Below, piece by piece: positions 9,858 to 20,800 of a DNA stretch of 64,000 bases. The notes under the pieces were generated by a model that was not told where the DNA came from, searched no databases, and was given only the letters and a program-made list of their open reading frames with translations. The position numbers and the translations under genes are program-made. Position 1 is the first letter of the stretch. Each line of letters opens with the position of its first letter. Origin of the DNA: a virus; the IMG/VR virus record IMGVR_UViG_3300046777_001793, positions 1 to 64,000 of that record; one strand, 5' to 3'.

Positions 9858-11630
9858 TTATAAAAATTGATTTAATTTATCAAAACTGTTATTTTTTTTA
9901 TAAAAATTCCATAAATATAAATCAGTAAATCCCGCATCATTATATTTTTTAAGATTTATTTGATCATACTTTTTATATTTAGTTGGATCAGTTTTTTTCT
10001 GTTTAGCCCAAAATGCATCAACTTGATTTTTTTGAGTTTGATTTAAGGTTTCATAATTAAGAACTTCATCTGGATATGGTAACGGAACATCTTTCTTTTT
10101 AGACTGTAAAACAATAGCATTAGCTTCTTGTTTTAATTTAACTAATTCTTGTCTTGCATCTTTATGTGCCTTTTTCCATTTAGCAATATTAACATCATTT
10201 CCAGTTGGAAAATTACTACTAGCTAACTTTTGTTCAGCAAGTTTTTCATTTAAAACACTATTAAAATCAAAATCATTAACTGCTTTTCTAGCTGAATCAA
10301 TTTTACTTTGAATAGCTTGTGTATCTTTTGCTTTTTTATCATCATCTCCATCTCCGTCATCATCTCCATCACCAATACCATTTTTCTTTTTCCAAAGAGC
10401 ATAGTCTTTTTTATTAGAAAGTTTTGTTTGTTCTAAAGCAACATCATATTGATGTTTAATTCTCATCTTAGCAAACTCACTTTCTTTAAGTTCTGTTTCT
10501 TCACTTGCCATTGCAATAGATTCAGCAGACTTAGATATAGCATTAAACATAGCATTTATACCAGCTCTTGTATCAAAAGAATCATTAATCAAACTTAAAC
10601 CAGCTTGATTATTCATACTTAATCTTGCATTATGAGCCATCTCTAAATACTGATCTGCAATTTGTGTATTCTTACGCAATTCAATAACCTCTAAAGCTTT
10701 TTGATATTCTTTAGTACCTTCTTTTAATTGACCTTTTCTGCTTAACTCTTCATACTCTGCAACCTTTTCATCTAAGTAATCTAAATCAACACTTAATTCA
10801 TTTGCTTTTTCTTGAAGTTCTAATTCTAATTGATCACTATTTTTTTCATGGAATAATACTTGAGCTTCTTCAAAAGTTTTTGCTTCACCATTTGCAAGCA
10901 TTGTTTGTACAGCATCCATTCTTTGAACATATTGCTGTGCTTTATACATAGCTTTAACATTAGGATCATTTCCTATTGAATCACTAAATAAAGCAGTTAA
11001 TGGTTTTACAGCAGCTTCTCCATTCTTTGTAGTAACAATATAGTTACCAGAAACAGCATCATGCTTTACACCAACCCACTTTTCTTTAGCAATTTTTTGA
11101 GCTCTAGCATTAACATCAATATAAGGAATGTATTCCACAGCATCCATTCCCAATGCTTCATCTCTTGATGCATTTAGAAATTCTTGCTTTTTATAAGCCA
11201 TATATTTATCACCTTCTTCCCACCATTGTCCACCACATTTTTCTGGATCAGTACAACCTTTTAAAGTTTGACCTTTTTGATATTCACTATTAAACTTTTC
11301 AGTCCAAACAATATCATTAAGTAAATACTTGTTAGTATAAAATGATTTAAACATTCCAGTTGCTTGTTCTACATTAGAATCTAATGAGAAATCCATTGTT
11401 CCTAATGTTCTTAAATCTTGAGCTATCTGTTTAAAAAATTGATCCTTTGCTTCTTTGTTTTCTGTTCTTGAAACTTCAGAATCTAAAATAGAACCATATA
11501 AGTCAGTAACTTTTCTTTTGTTAGTTTTATATGCAGATTCCGAAGCTTGCAGTAACTGTAAGTTAAACTGTAAGTTAGGCTTTGTTGGTTGTAGTCCTGT
11601 AACGTAATCTTTTTGAGAATAAGTTGCCAT
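9858..11630 (-). CDS. Putative virion cargo protein (590 aa)
   Basis: Helical, coiled-coil-rich ORF in the crAss-like cargo block. Confidence 0.55.
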   Translation of the reverse strand: MATYSQKDYVTGLQPTKPNLQFNLQLLQASESAYKTNKRKVTDLYGSILDSEVSRTENKEAKDQFFKQIAQDLRTLGTMDFSLDSNVEQATGMFKSFYTNKYLLNDIVWTEKFNSEYQKGQTLKGCTDPEKCGGQWWEEGDKYMAYKKQEFLNASRDEALGMDAVEYIPYIDVNARAQKIAKEKWVGVKHDAVSGNYIVTTKNGEAAVKPLTALFSDSIGNDPNVKAMYKAQQYVQRMDAVQTMLANGEAKTFEEAQVLFHEKNSDQLELELQEKANELSVDLDYLDEKVAEYEELSRKGQLKEGTKEYQKALEVIELRKNTQIADQYLEMAHNARLSMNNQAGLSLINDSFDTRAGINAMFNAISKSAESIAMASEETELKESEFAKMRIKHQYDVALEQTKLSNKKDYALWKKKNGIGDGDDDGDGDDDKKAKDTQAIQSKIDSARKAVNDFDFNSVLNEKLAEQKLASSNFPTGNDVNIAKWKKAHKDARQELVKLKQEANAIVLQSKKKDVPLPYPDEVLNYETLNQTQKNQVDAFWAKQKKTDPTKYKKYDQINLKKYNDAGFTDLYLWNFYKKNNSFDKLNQFL

Positions 11631-11679
11631 CTATTAATGTTTTTGTAAATATATTAATTATAAAATAACCAAAAATTGT

Positions 11680-13905
11680 TTATTGATTAGTAGGATTATT
11701 TTGTTCTTCATCAGTTAAAGACTTATCTGTCTTTTTACCCATTTGAATTGCCACAAGTTTTAATGCTAAATCTCTATCTCCAACTTTCTTAAATGCTTTT
11801 TGGTATTCTTCATAAGCATTTGTAGTTGCAGCAGTAGTTGCTTCAAATGGATTTTTATCAGTAACAAAATATTTAAGACCTGTAACAGGATCAATTTTAT
11901 AATGCTCTTGCATAGTATTGACATTGTAAATACCAGATGCATTTTCTAAAGCATTATTCTTCATTCCTGTAATCATATCTTTAGCTTTAGCAATAGAGTC
12001 CATGAAGTTCTGCATAGTATTATTTACTTTATCTGCATAACCTTCATTGCTTGCTGCTCTTGCTGCATTTAATTGATTATAGGTTTGAGCCTGTTGTTGG
12101 TTATTAATAGTTTCTTGTGAAACATTTTTATCAGAGTAGTTACTAATTTCATTTGCTGCTTGTCCATAAGCTTGAGCAAATAATGATGTAATATTAGATG
12201 CAGTAGATTGTGGATTTCCAAACGCAGTAAGACCTGCAACACCTTGTCCTAATTGTTCATTAGTATTAGCAATTGCTCTTTCCATAGAATAATATGGAAC
12301 TTTTCCTGAAGTCATGTCTAATGGTGCTTGATATGGCATTAACATTCTAATGTCATTCTTTGCACCAATTGCTCTATTTAAAGAGTTAATATCTTCTCTT
12401 CTGAATCCATAAGGATTATCATTCCAGTTAGGAGCAATACCTTTTAATTTTCCTGGATCATAAGGAGTATCTTCTTTTCCTGGAAGAGGGGTTATTTCTT
12501 CTTTTTTTTCAGGTTCACTATATTGAATTGCATCAAAGTGATCATAACCTGAAAGACTGTCATTTCCTAAATATTTTCTATATTGATCTTTTGGAAACTT
12601 TGACTCAATTGCACTAGTAAGTTTAGCAAAATTCTTTTTATAGAAATCATCGCTATTATACTCATCATCAGATACACCTGTTGTTCCCAAGTAAGACATA
12701 AATTCTTTTCTTGTAGCACCAGTTGATTTGTGTTGATCAGCAATATCTAATGCAGCTAATTCTGCTTCTTCTTTAGATTTACCAGCTTTTATTTGTTTAT
12801 ATAACTCTTTAGAATAGATATATCTTTTTTCAAACATTTCTGGTGTAAATCCACCAACAAATGAACCTGCTCCGGCTCTATTTTTATTTTTAGGATTTGC
12901 TACAGAATAAATATTATCTGCTTGTTGTGAAGCTACTGAATATTGTGTTGTTGCAAGTTTACCTGGACCAGCTTGATTAAATACTTTTGATAAAATCATT
13001 CTATCCTTAAATGAAGGCTGAAATGTATTTTTTATATCAATAGTACCATTTTTATGCTTTACAATTTGTCCAGCACTAATAGCATCTGCAATTATCTGAT
13101 TTGCTCTTTCGTCAAAAGTTTTATTAGCAGGATCTTTTGCTACCCAATCTTGTACAGTTCCAGGTCCAGATTGAGTGTCATCAATTTTTATTTGTTTTCC
13201 TCTTCTAGCCATTGGTAGCTCACCACCATATTGCATAAACATATCTGATTGAGCATAAGTTGGATCTTCATCTTCATAATAATGTACTTGAGGATCACCA
13301 CCAAAATCTTTTCTTATTAACCCACCTAATGCTTTTTGAATTGTTTCATGTGCTTGGTCAGCATCCTGTTGAGATAAACCAAATACTTTATCAGGCTCTA
13401 AACCAGTCTTATCAAAAAATGATTGTGAATCAGGAACATCTTCCATTCCCTTTAAAGATTCTTGATAAAGCTTTGCAGCATCTAATTTAAAACGTGCATT
13501 ATCTAAATTCTTTTCAGCAGAAACTTTAGCAATTTTATCAGCATTCTTATCTAATAGAATTGCTTTAGATTCATTTACAACACCAACAAGAGGTCTTACT
13601 AAATCAGCAATAGTAAGTTTCTTTTTAGATTCAAATCCAAAAAAGTCAAGGACTTCTTTGTCCTTAACTTTAAGTTTGTCAGAATATATAAAAGATGAAC
13701 CTTTTGTCTTACCATCTCCTGTAGGAAGATTCAAAGGAGTTCCACCTTGGCTGTGTTTTTTACCAGCCGCATTATACAACTCAAATATGTTATTTGTAGG
13801 GTCTTGTTTAGTAAATACTACTTCACCTTTTTCTACCTCTACATTTGACTTCTTTCTTTCCTCTGGCTTTAAAGAAGTGTTTATGTTTTGTTTTAATTTT
13901 CTCAT
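11680..13905 (-). CDS. crAss-like cargo protein C1-type (741 aa)
   Basis: N-terminal VEVEKGEVV...KKHSQGG...FIYSDKL motif typical of crAss-like internal virion proteins; GG motifs. Confidence 0.65.
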   Translation of the reverse strand: MRKLKQNINTSLKPEERKKSNVEVEKGEVVFTKQDPTNNIFELYNAAGKKHSQGGTPLNLPTGDGKTKGSSFIYSDKLKVKDKEVLDFFGFESKKKLTIADLVRPLVGVVNESKAILLDKNADKIAKVSAEKNLDNARFKLDAAKLYQESLKGMEDVPDSQSFFDKTGLEPDKVFGLSQQDADQAHETIQKALGGLIRKDFGGDPQVHYYEDEDPTYAQSDMFMQYGGELPMARRGKQIKIDDTQSGPGTVQDWVAKDPANKTFDERANQIIADAISAGQIVKHKNGTIDIKNTFQPSFKDRMILSKVFNQAGPGKLATTQYSVASQQADNIYSVANPKNKNRAGAGSFVGGFTPEMFEKRYIYSKELYKQIKAGKSKEEAELAALDIADQHKSTGATRKEFMSYLGTTGVSDDEYNSDDFYKKNFAKLTSAIESKFPKDQYRKYLGNDSLSGYDHFDAIQYSEPEKKEEITPLPGKEDTPYDPGKLKGIAPNWNDNPYGFRREDINSLNRAIGAKNDIRMLMPYQAPLDMTSGKVPYYSMERAIANTNEQLGQGVAGLTAFGNPQSTASNITSLFAQAYGQAANEISNYSDKNVSQETINNQQQAQTYNQLNAARAASNEGYADKVNNTMQNFMDSIAKAKDMITGMKNNALENASGIYNVNTMQEHYKIDPVTGLKYFVTDKNPFEATTAATTNAYEEYQKAFKKVGDRDLALKLVAIQMGKKTDKSLTDEEQNNPTNQ

Positions 13906-13910
13906 GACAA

Positions 13911-16900
13911 TTAGATTAAGTCATCAATATTATAACCAGCTTCTTTAAGAATATCTAACTCTTCTTGAGTAAATGAATCCTTAGTAATTGTTCCACCCAA
14001 TGCATAAAGCTGTCTATAGAATGTTCCTTCAGCATCAGTAGGGTTAAAGATAGTTGTTGGTCCTTGGTCATTAGGAACAAATTCTCCTTGTGGTCCATAT
14101 AAACCTCTACTCATGTCTTCATAACTTTGAGGTTTAAATGAATTTACAGAAGAGAATCTATCAGAATCATTCATTCTATCTTGAACATCTAAATTATTTA
14201 GTTTAGAAGAAAGCCAATCCATACCTTGAATAGCAGAATCACCAGCAGCATCCCAATCTATTTTAAACTTATCTTCATAAGTTACTTTACCATTACCTGA
14301 TTTCTTGTCTGTCATTGGTTGCCCTACAAACGCTTTAGGAAGATTTCCACCAAAAGCCATAACAATTTTTTGAGCAGCGTTATATAAATCTTGAGAATCT
14401 ATTTCACCACCATAAGTTTTTTGTTCAGTAGTAGGTGTAGGTGTTCTAAAAGTATAATCTGAACCAAATAAATCACCAGCATTAAGGATTTTTCCTGTTT
14501 CATTAGATTCTCTTGCTAGTCTTCTAGTTTCTCTGCGAGATAAACTAGGAAAAGCTTCTCTATAATAACCTTTAAGATCTCTTCTTGAAATATCATCATC
14601 ACCCTTAAATCTTTCACTAGGATCTATATAAGTACCTTGATAAATATTTTCATAATCTTTATAATTACCACTAGTACCTTGTAAAGCAGCAAACTTTTCA
14701 TTTTTAGCTTTTAATTTATCTGCTTCTGATAAATCCTTTCTTATTACATCAAAACCTTCATCAAGTTTATTATCAAAAGTTTCTCTGTTTTTTTTAGCAA
14801 CTTGTTTTTTTATTTCTTCAGCTCTTTTTGCTTCATCAAGTTTTGCTTCTTTTCTTTCTTCTGGAGAAAACACATCATAAGATGAAGATGCATCTTTAGG
14901 TCTATTTATAACACCAGTCATAAGATCACCTGTATTTAAAGTTTCTCTTGTCAACTGTCTTCTTTCTTTTCTTGTTAAATTTGGAAAAGCTTCTTTATAA
15001 TAGTTTTTAACATCTCTTCTTCCAATATTTTCATCACCTTCAAATTCTTTAGATGGATCTAAATAAGTTCCAGCGTAAGGATTACTTTGTCCAGGTACTC
15101 CTTGATAAGCTAAATAATTATATTTAGCATTTATTTCATCAGTAGGACCTTTTAATTTTATATCATTACCATCTAAATTTTCAACATAATTATCAGCTTG
15201 ATCTCTTTCAAAATCCAAACCTCTTTGTCTTTCTTTTTCTTCTTGTCTTAATTGTCTTCTTGATGGTTGATAATCAAATGAAACTAGTTCACCATTTTTA
15301 TTAATACCTCTTGTATTATCATCATTAGTAAAAGTAACATCATTTGAAGAATTTGTTTTTGCATTTGGATTAGTTACTAAATTTGGATCTACGGTTGTTT
15401 TATTTGGATCTACGGTTGTTTTATTTGGATCTGCAGTAGTAATAGCACCAGGAACATCCCAATCTACATCAAAAGAAAATTTTCTTTTAAACAAACCTTT
15501 TTGTATATCACCATGCTTAACCCTATATTTTGCATCTGGATCATTTGATAAAGGTATATTAGAAAAATCCCATTTACCGTCTTTCCAGCCACTATTATTT
15601 ATTAATCTACTAAATAGACTTGGTCCTCCAAAAACTCCATTATTAGGAATAAATGGCATACCCATCACATTAGGATTAGAAGCCATTTTGCTCCACATTG
15701 CCATTTGATCTTGAGCTTGAGTAGCACCTTGCAAATATTCAGAGTATTTTTTAAATTCAGGATCATCTTTATATTTTTCCATTAATGCTTTCATCTCATC
15801 ACCCCATCCAGCCTTTGGTAAAGCACCGGTATCTTTTACTCCAGCATCAAACGCATTGTCCAACATAGACATGTGAGTATTACGCTTTAGCACATTAGCA
15901 AACTCCAAGTTTCTTTTTGCGGCAACACTACCTGAATCAGTATCAGATGTAACATTACCACCTAAAGCTTTACGCATGATTTCTCTTACGTAACCGCCAT
16001 AAGCTTGTTGAGGTATTTCTTGAGCTTCTTCTTGTGGGTTTGATGCAGCACCTTCCATTTGCTCTTCTCCTTGAGATTGCATTTGTTGTTGACCACCTTG
16101 CATCACTTCTTGAATAAGCCCTTGTGCTTCTTCTTGTGGCATACCCATTTGAGTTAAGACCTGCATAATTGCTTCAGGCGGAACTTGATTTTCCAATAAC
16201 GCTTTAACAACATCAACCGGTTGAGCACCTTGCTGAACCATTTGTTGAACCATCTGCATAACTTGTTGCATAGGATCTCCACCACCTTGTTGAGGTGCTT
16301 GTCCTTGTTGTTGCATCATAGCCATTTCTTCAGGAGAAGGTTGTCCACCATCAGGGTATTTATGCATACCACCCAAAGCCATAACTTGTTCTTGTGCTTC
16401 AGTAGGTTTTTGTGTTTGTTGTAAGTCTTGTTCAGTAATTCCTAATTCCTGAAATACTTGCATAACTGATTCTTGGTCTAACTGTCCTTGTTGTACAGCT
16501 GCCATTAACTGTTGAGCTACATCACCTTTAGATGCGCCTTGTTGAATCATCTGTTGAACTTGTTGCATTAATTGTTCATTCATAGTTCCTCCGTTTTCTA
16601 ATTTATATCTAAATCCTACTTGTGGATTAAATAAAGAGCCTTCTTTAAATTCATTACTTATATTAAAAGACATTGGGTTATTTCTTCCACCATAATTAAC
16701 TCCTAAATTTAAATTAGGATTTAACATATCTTCTTTAGTAAATTCATTAGATCCAGCAACATTCAAATTTAAGTTTTTATTTATTGGCAGTCTATAAGAT
16801 GCATTAAAATTTGCATTATTAAATTCAGGCTTTTGATTATTAAAGCGAAAATAATTTGTGTTAAGTCCAGCATTAAATTTTTCATTTGGACTAGTATATC

Positions 16901-17834
16901 TTACTGAACTATTTATATCTGTATTAGTATTAAATTCCTCATCTCTAATAGGAGAAACTGTTTGACCTAATGTCCAGTTTCCTCTTTTTACATTTCCAGA
17001 AAAAGTAGGTGTAATTTTCCATTTACCATCTTCACCTTTTGTAAACTCATGTCTTGCTGAAAATGAATTATTTCCATCATCATAAGATAAAGTTGCATTT
17101 GGGCTAAAGCTGTAACTACCATCCTCTTGTTTTTGAAAACTATTATTACCCTCTAACGTAAAATTATTCTTTTGAACAAAAGCTGAAGTATTAGGATTAA
17201 AAGAAGGTTTGTTATTACTTTCAAAAGAATTGTTTGCTTTAAAACCAAAGCTTACATCACCAATACTACCATCATAACCAACTCTTTGGTTATTTAAATT
17301 AAATAAAAGTTTGTTTCTTTCTACATCATTTTTTAATGAAGCATCTGCACCAATACTAAAACCATTTTTATTATAATCAATAGATGTATTAAGACCAGTA
17401 ATACTTTTTGTATTGTCAGGATTTATTTCTGAATCTGTACTAAAGTTTAAACTAACATTATCATTAATAGGAGTAGGAACAAAAGATTTTAATTTAGATT
17501 GTTCTATTTTATCAATAATTTTTTTCTCTTTTTCTTTTTGTCCTATTAAATCATAATGTTGCTTTTCAAAACTTTTAATTACATTATTATTTTCTAAATC
17601 ATCTGGAGTTAAATAAATAGTACCAGTTTCAGGATCATAATAACTTTTAATTTCACCAGTTTCAGGATTTGGCTCCGCATCTCTAATTTTAGGTGTAATA
17701 GAATATTCTGAATCATGTGTATCTAAAGTAATAAACTCTTCTTTAGGTAATAAAGAAACTGTTTTTTTTATTTTAGATTTTACTAAACCACCGTAATCAA
17801 AAACATTCAATCCTAATTTTATTTTCTTGGCCAT
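13911..17834 (-). CDS. Modular internal virion protein (1307 aa): beta-strand-rich domain, Q/M-rich region, internal repeats, many GG motifs
   Basis: Directly downstream of the muzzle gene; domain pattern seen in the translation. Confidence 0.6.
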   Translation of the reverse strand: MAKKIKLGLNVFDYGGLVKSKIKKTVSLLPKEEFITLDTHDSEYSITPKIRDAEPNPETGEIKSYYDPETGTIYLTPDDLENNNVIKSFEKQHYDLIGQKEKEKKIIDKIEQSKLKSFVPTPINDNVSLNFSTDSEINPDNTKSITGLNTSIDYNKNGFSIGADASLKNDVERNKLLFNLNNQRVGYDGSIGDVSFGFKANNSFESNNKPSFNPNTSAFVQKNNFTLEGNNSFQKQEDGSYSFSPNATLSYDDGNNSFSARHEFTKGEDGKWKITPTFSGNVKRGNWTLGQTVSPIRDEEFNTNTDINSSVRYTSPNEKFNAGLNTNYFRFNNQKPEFNNANFNASYRLPINKNLNLNVAGSNEFTKEDMLNPNLNLGVNYGGRNNPMSFNISNEFKEGSLFNPQVGFRYKLENGGTMNEQLMQQVQQMIQQGASKGDVAQQLMAAVQQGQLDQESVMQVFQELGITEQDLQQTQKPTEAQEQVMALGGMHKYPDGGQPSPEEMAMMQQQGQAPQQGGGDPMQQVMQMVQQMVQQGAQPVDVVKALLENQVPPEAIMQVLTQMGMPQEEAQGLIQEVMQGGQQQMQSQGEEQMEGAASNPQEEAQEIPQQAYGGYVREIMRKALGGNVTSDTDSGSVAAKRNLEFANVLKRNTHMSMLDNAFDAGVKDTGALPKAGWGDEMKALMEKYKDDPEFKKYSEYLQGATQAQDQMAMWSKMASNPNVMGMPFIPNNGVFGGPSLFSRLINNSGWKDGKWDFSNIPLSNDPDAKYRVKHGDIQKGLFKRKFSFDVDWDVPGAITTADPNKTTVDPNKTTVDPNLVTNPNAKTNSSNDVTFTNDDNTRGINKNGELVSFDYQPSRRQLRQEEKERQRGLDFERDQADNYVENLDGNDIKLKGPTDEINAKYNYLAYQGVPGQSNPYAGTYLDPSKEFEGDENIGRRDVKNYYKEAFPNLTRKERRQLTRETLNTGDLMTGVINRPKDASSSYDVFSPEERKEAKLDEAKRAEEIKKQVAKKNRETFDNKLDEGFDVIRKDLSEADKLKAKNEKFAALQGTSGNYKDYENIYQGTYIDPSERFKGDDDISRRDLKGYYREAFPSLSRRETRRLARESNETGKILNAGDLFGSDYTFRTPTPTTEQKTYGGEIDSQDLYNAAQKIVMAFGGNLPKAFVGQPMTDKKSGNGKVTYEDKFKIDWDAAGDSAIQGMDWLSSKLNNLDVQDRMNDSDRFSSVNSFKPQSYEDMSRGLYGPQGEFVPNDQGPTTIFNPTDAEGTFYRQLYALGGTITKDSFTQEELDILKEAGYNIDDLI
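15381..15432. repeat. 21-bp in-frame tandem repeat (2.5 copies) encoding DPNKTTV
   Basis: atttggatctacggttgtttt x2 followed by atttggatct. Confidence 0.95.
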
Positions 17835-17881
17835 AAATACAATATAATAAAAATTTATGAAATATCTTAACTATTAAAAAG

Positions 17882-20800
17882 TTACCTTGGTGATAAATGT
17901 TGGTTAGCAAATGCAACACTAATGAGCATTTCAACATTATCACATACTTCTCTTTTTAATAAAACCTTGTTATTAAAATGTCTAAATTTCTTTCTTTGGA
18001 AATCTTCTTTTTTATAATTTAGGTTTTTAAAGTTAAGGTTGCGAATATAACCATTTGGTTCTGTATTCCATATAGTTTCATCTGCATCTATATACTCACC
18101 TCTATTCTTAGTTATATCCCAAAACTGATTGAATCTGTATTGTTGTTCTTCTTTAGAGAAAAGAATTTCAATAATACCAATTCCAACTTTTGGATACTCT
18201 AATAACTTTTTAATATCATTCTTTGGTTCTAGTGCAAGCTTTAACAAACCAGAACATTGTTCAGAGTTATGTATTACAGCATAATCAAAGTTATGGTCAA
18301 GTATATGGAATCTATCATAACAGTTAGATGAATACTTATAGCTTTCTAAATAGTATTCAATGTTTCTAATTGTAGATACAGCAAACTTGTTATCTAATTG
18401 AAACTCTACTTCAAAAGGATAATCAACTCCATAAAAATTACAGAATTTTTGACAACTCTTATTATGTTTCCAAATAGTAGCTCCCTTTGTTGTTAAGAAA
18501 CTATTCTTACCACTAAAAGATAAATCAGGATACCAGTCATGATATGAAACAAACTCTTCTGCTTTTGGATCATAACTTAATGTAAAAGATGCTTCTTGAA
18601 AATAATAAGGGTTATCTAAATACGTTGAAAACCCATCAATAGAAAACACACCGTTTCCTAAATATTCTTTGGTTGAGTTTTTAAATTCATCTTTAAGCTT
18701 GTAGTCTTTTTTAGAAAAATAAACCAACATGTAATCATTGTCATAAACAGTTTGGCAACCAATACCAGCAATAGGATTATCTAATCTATCAAAAGTAGGA
18801 AAATCTTCTAACAACTGAAATGGTAAATATCTGTTTAACCAGTAGCGGTTATTTTTTAATGATACTTCTTTTAATCCACCTGCATACACAAATATCTTAC
18901 CTTGGTTTGTACTCATCCAAAATATACCGTTAGGTGTATTTACAACAGATAATCCATTCTGACAAGAACCATACTCCAATGATTTATCAGAATGAGAAAT
19001 ACGTTGTAATTCTCTTGCAAATAAACCACCATCTCCAATAAGTAATTTAGTACCATTGCTTGTTTGTAATTCATCAACACCTGGTAACATTGCCGGTGGT
19101 TCATTTTCAAAGAACATCATAGCACCAGTTCTATCTACAGGTTTTATGTTTACAACTTTACTTGAGAAATCTTTATAGTTGTTTGGTAAGAATATTGACC
19201 ATGCATTTTTCTTTGCCAAAGTTTCTTGTGGTAAAGAATAAAGCACTCTATTCTTTCTTGTAGTATAACATGTTTCTGCTAGATTTGGATTGTATTTTAA
19301 ATCTTGTAATACTCCCCATGGAACTTTAGCATGCGGTAAATAATTTTCACATAAACTCCTATCTAATTTGTAGAAGTTATCTGCTTTAATAATACGCATG
19401 TTAAATAAAGATGTAATATCATTCTGAATAGGATAATGTTTTTTAGCATCTTCATCTTCCCAATCTCTACAGTCTATATTTAATTCTGATTCAACAAAGA
19501 AATTTTTTACTCCTGAATTAAACAAGTACATGTAGCAATTTTTTAACATGAAGTTTCCTGTATCATCTTTTCTATCAAAACATGCTAAGTCAGATGGAGA
19601 TTTAATTGTTTCTAAAAAACTTGAAAATTTTAAATCTTTTATTGCTTTAACAAGACCATCACCAATACTCTTAGAAAACTCACTTAAATTAAATGGTGTA
19701 CTGTTCATCCAAAATGAAGTGTAGTCAAACATTTTATACTTAGTGTAATCAAATGCCATTCCATCATTTTGTAATGATTCTAACCAATTAGTAAAATAAA
19801 ATAAAGTATTTTTTTCAGAATAAGTTCCAATGTAAGTATCACCACCAAAAATAACATCTGATGTAAATGTGTCACTAGCTTTAACAATATCTACTTCAAA
19901 ATGCTGTGTCTTTGTTGGAATCATCTTAATAGAATTTAATTGACCATACTGTCTTCTATTTGGATTTTTAAATGCAACATAATGAGATGCAGCTAAAGCT
20001 CTTTTAGTATCAAACCTTTCATCCATTGCAACTTGAGAAAGTCTTTGTGGCCTAGATACATCAGTTACTCCTTTTGTATTTTCAACATCTTCAAATGTAT
20101 TAAACATTGCAGTAGTTGGTCTAAATACATTATTAACAATGTAGTTGTCTTGGAAGTCTTGCATTTGACTTGACAAGTATCTTGCATCATCAATCTTTCT
20201 TCTTCTATTTTTAGCTTCAGGAACATGCATTCCTGTGTAATCACATGAAGAAACATATTGATAAGCAAACTGATTATAATCACTTAATGCTTTTATTAAC
20301 TCTAATGTACTATTTGTTCCTGTTGTAACATTAGTTAAAAACATTGGGATAGCTTGAAGTATTTTTAAAGGTCTTGGTGTTTGGTCTTGATCTTCATAAA
20401 TTTCATCTTGAGAACCAGAAACAATTGTTGAGCCAGGTTGAGCAGTAGTTTTAATAGTTTTATCTAAAGCCCTTTCGGCAATACCATAAGTATTTGTTCC
20501 CAAAATAGCATCAAGAATTTTTGAAGCATCTGTTGCTTTTACAACATTTGCTGCTATTTGCGATCCTGATGCAGTTGCTCTAAGGGGAGTAGTAATTGGT
20601 ATTATAAAAGGAATACCTATAGCATTATTTCCTAAACCTGTTGCTGCAGCATAAGATTCACCATAAGGTAAATTAGAACTATCAATTTTATAACCATTAT
20701 ACACTTGACTTTTCTTACCATAATTTTTTGTTAAAGCGTAACCTATACCTGCAATGAACCCCATCAATAAAGCAAAGTCAGTAAAAAACTTATGTTTAGG

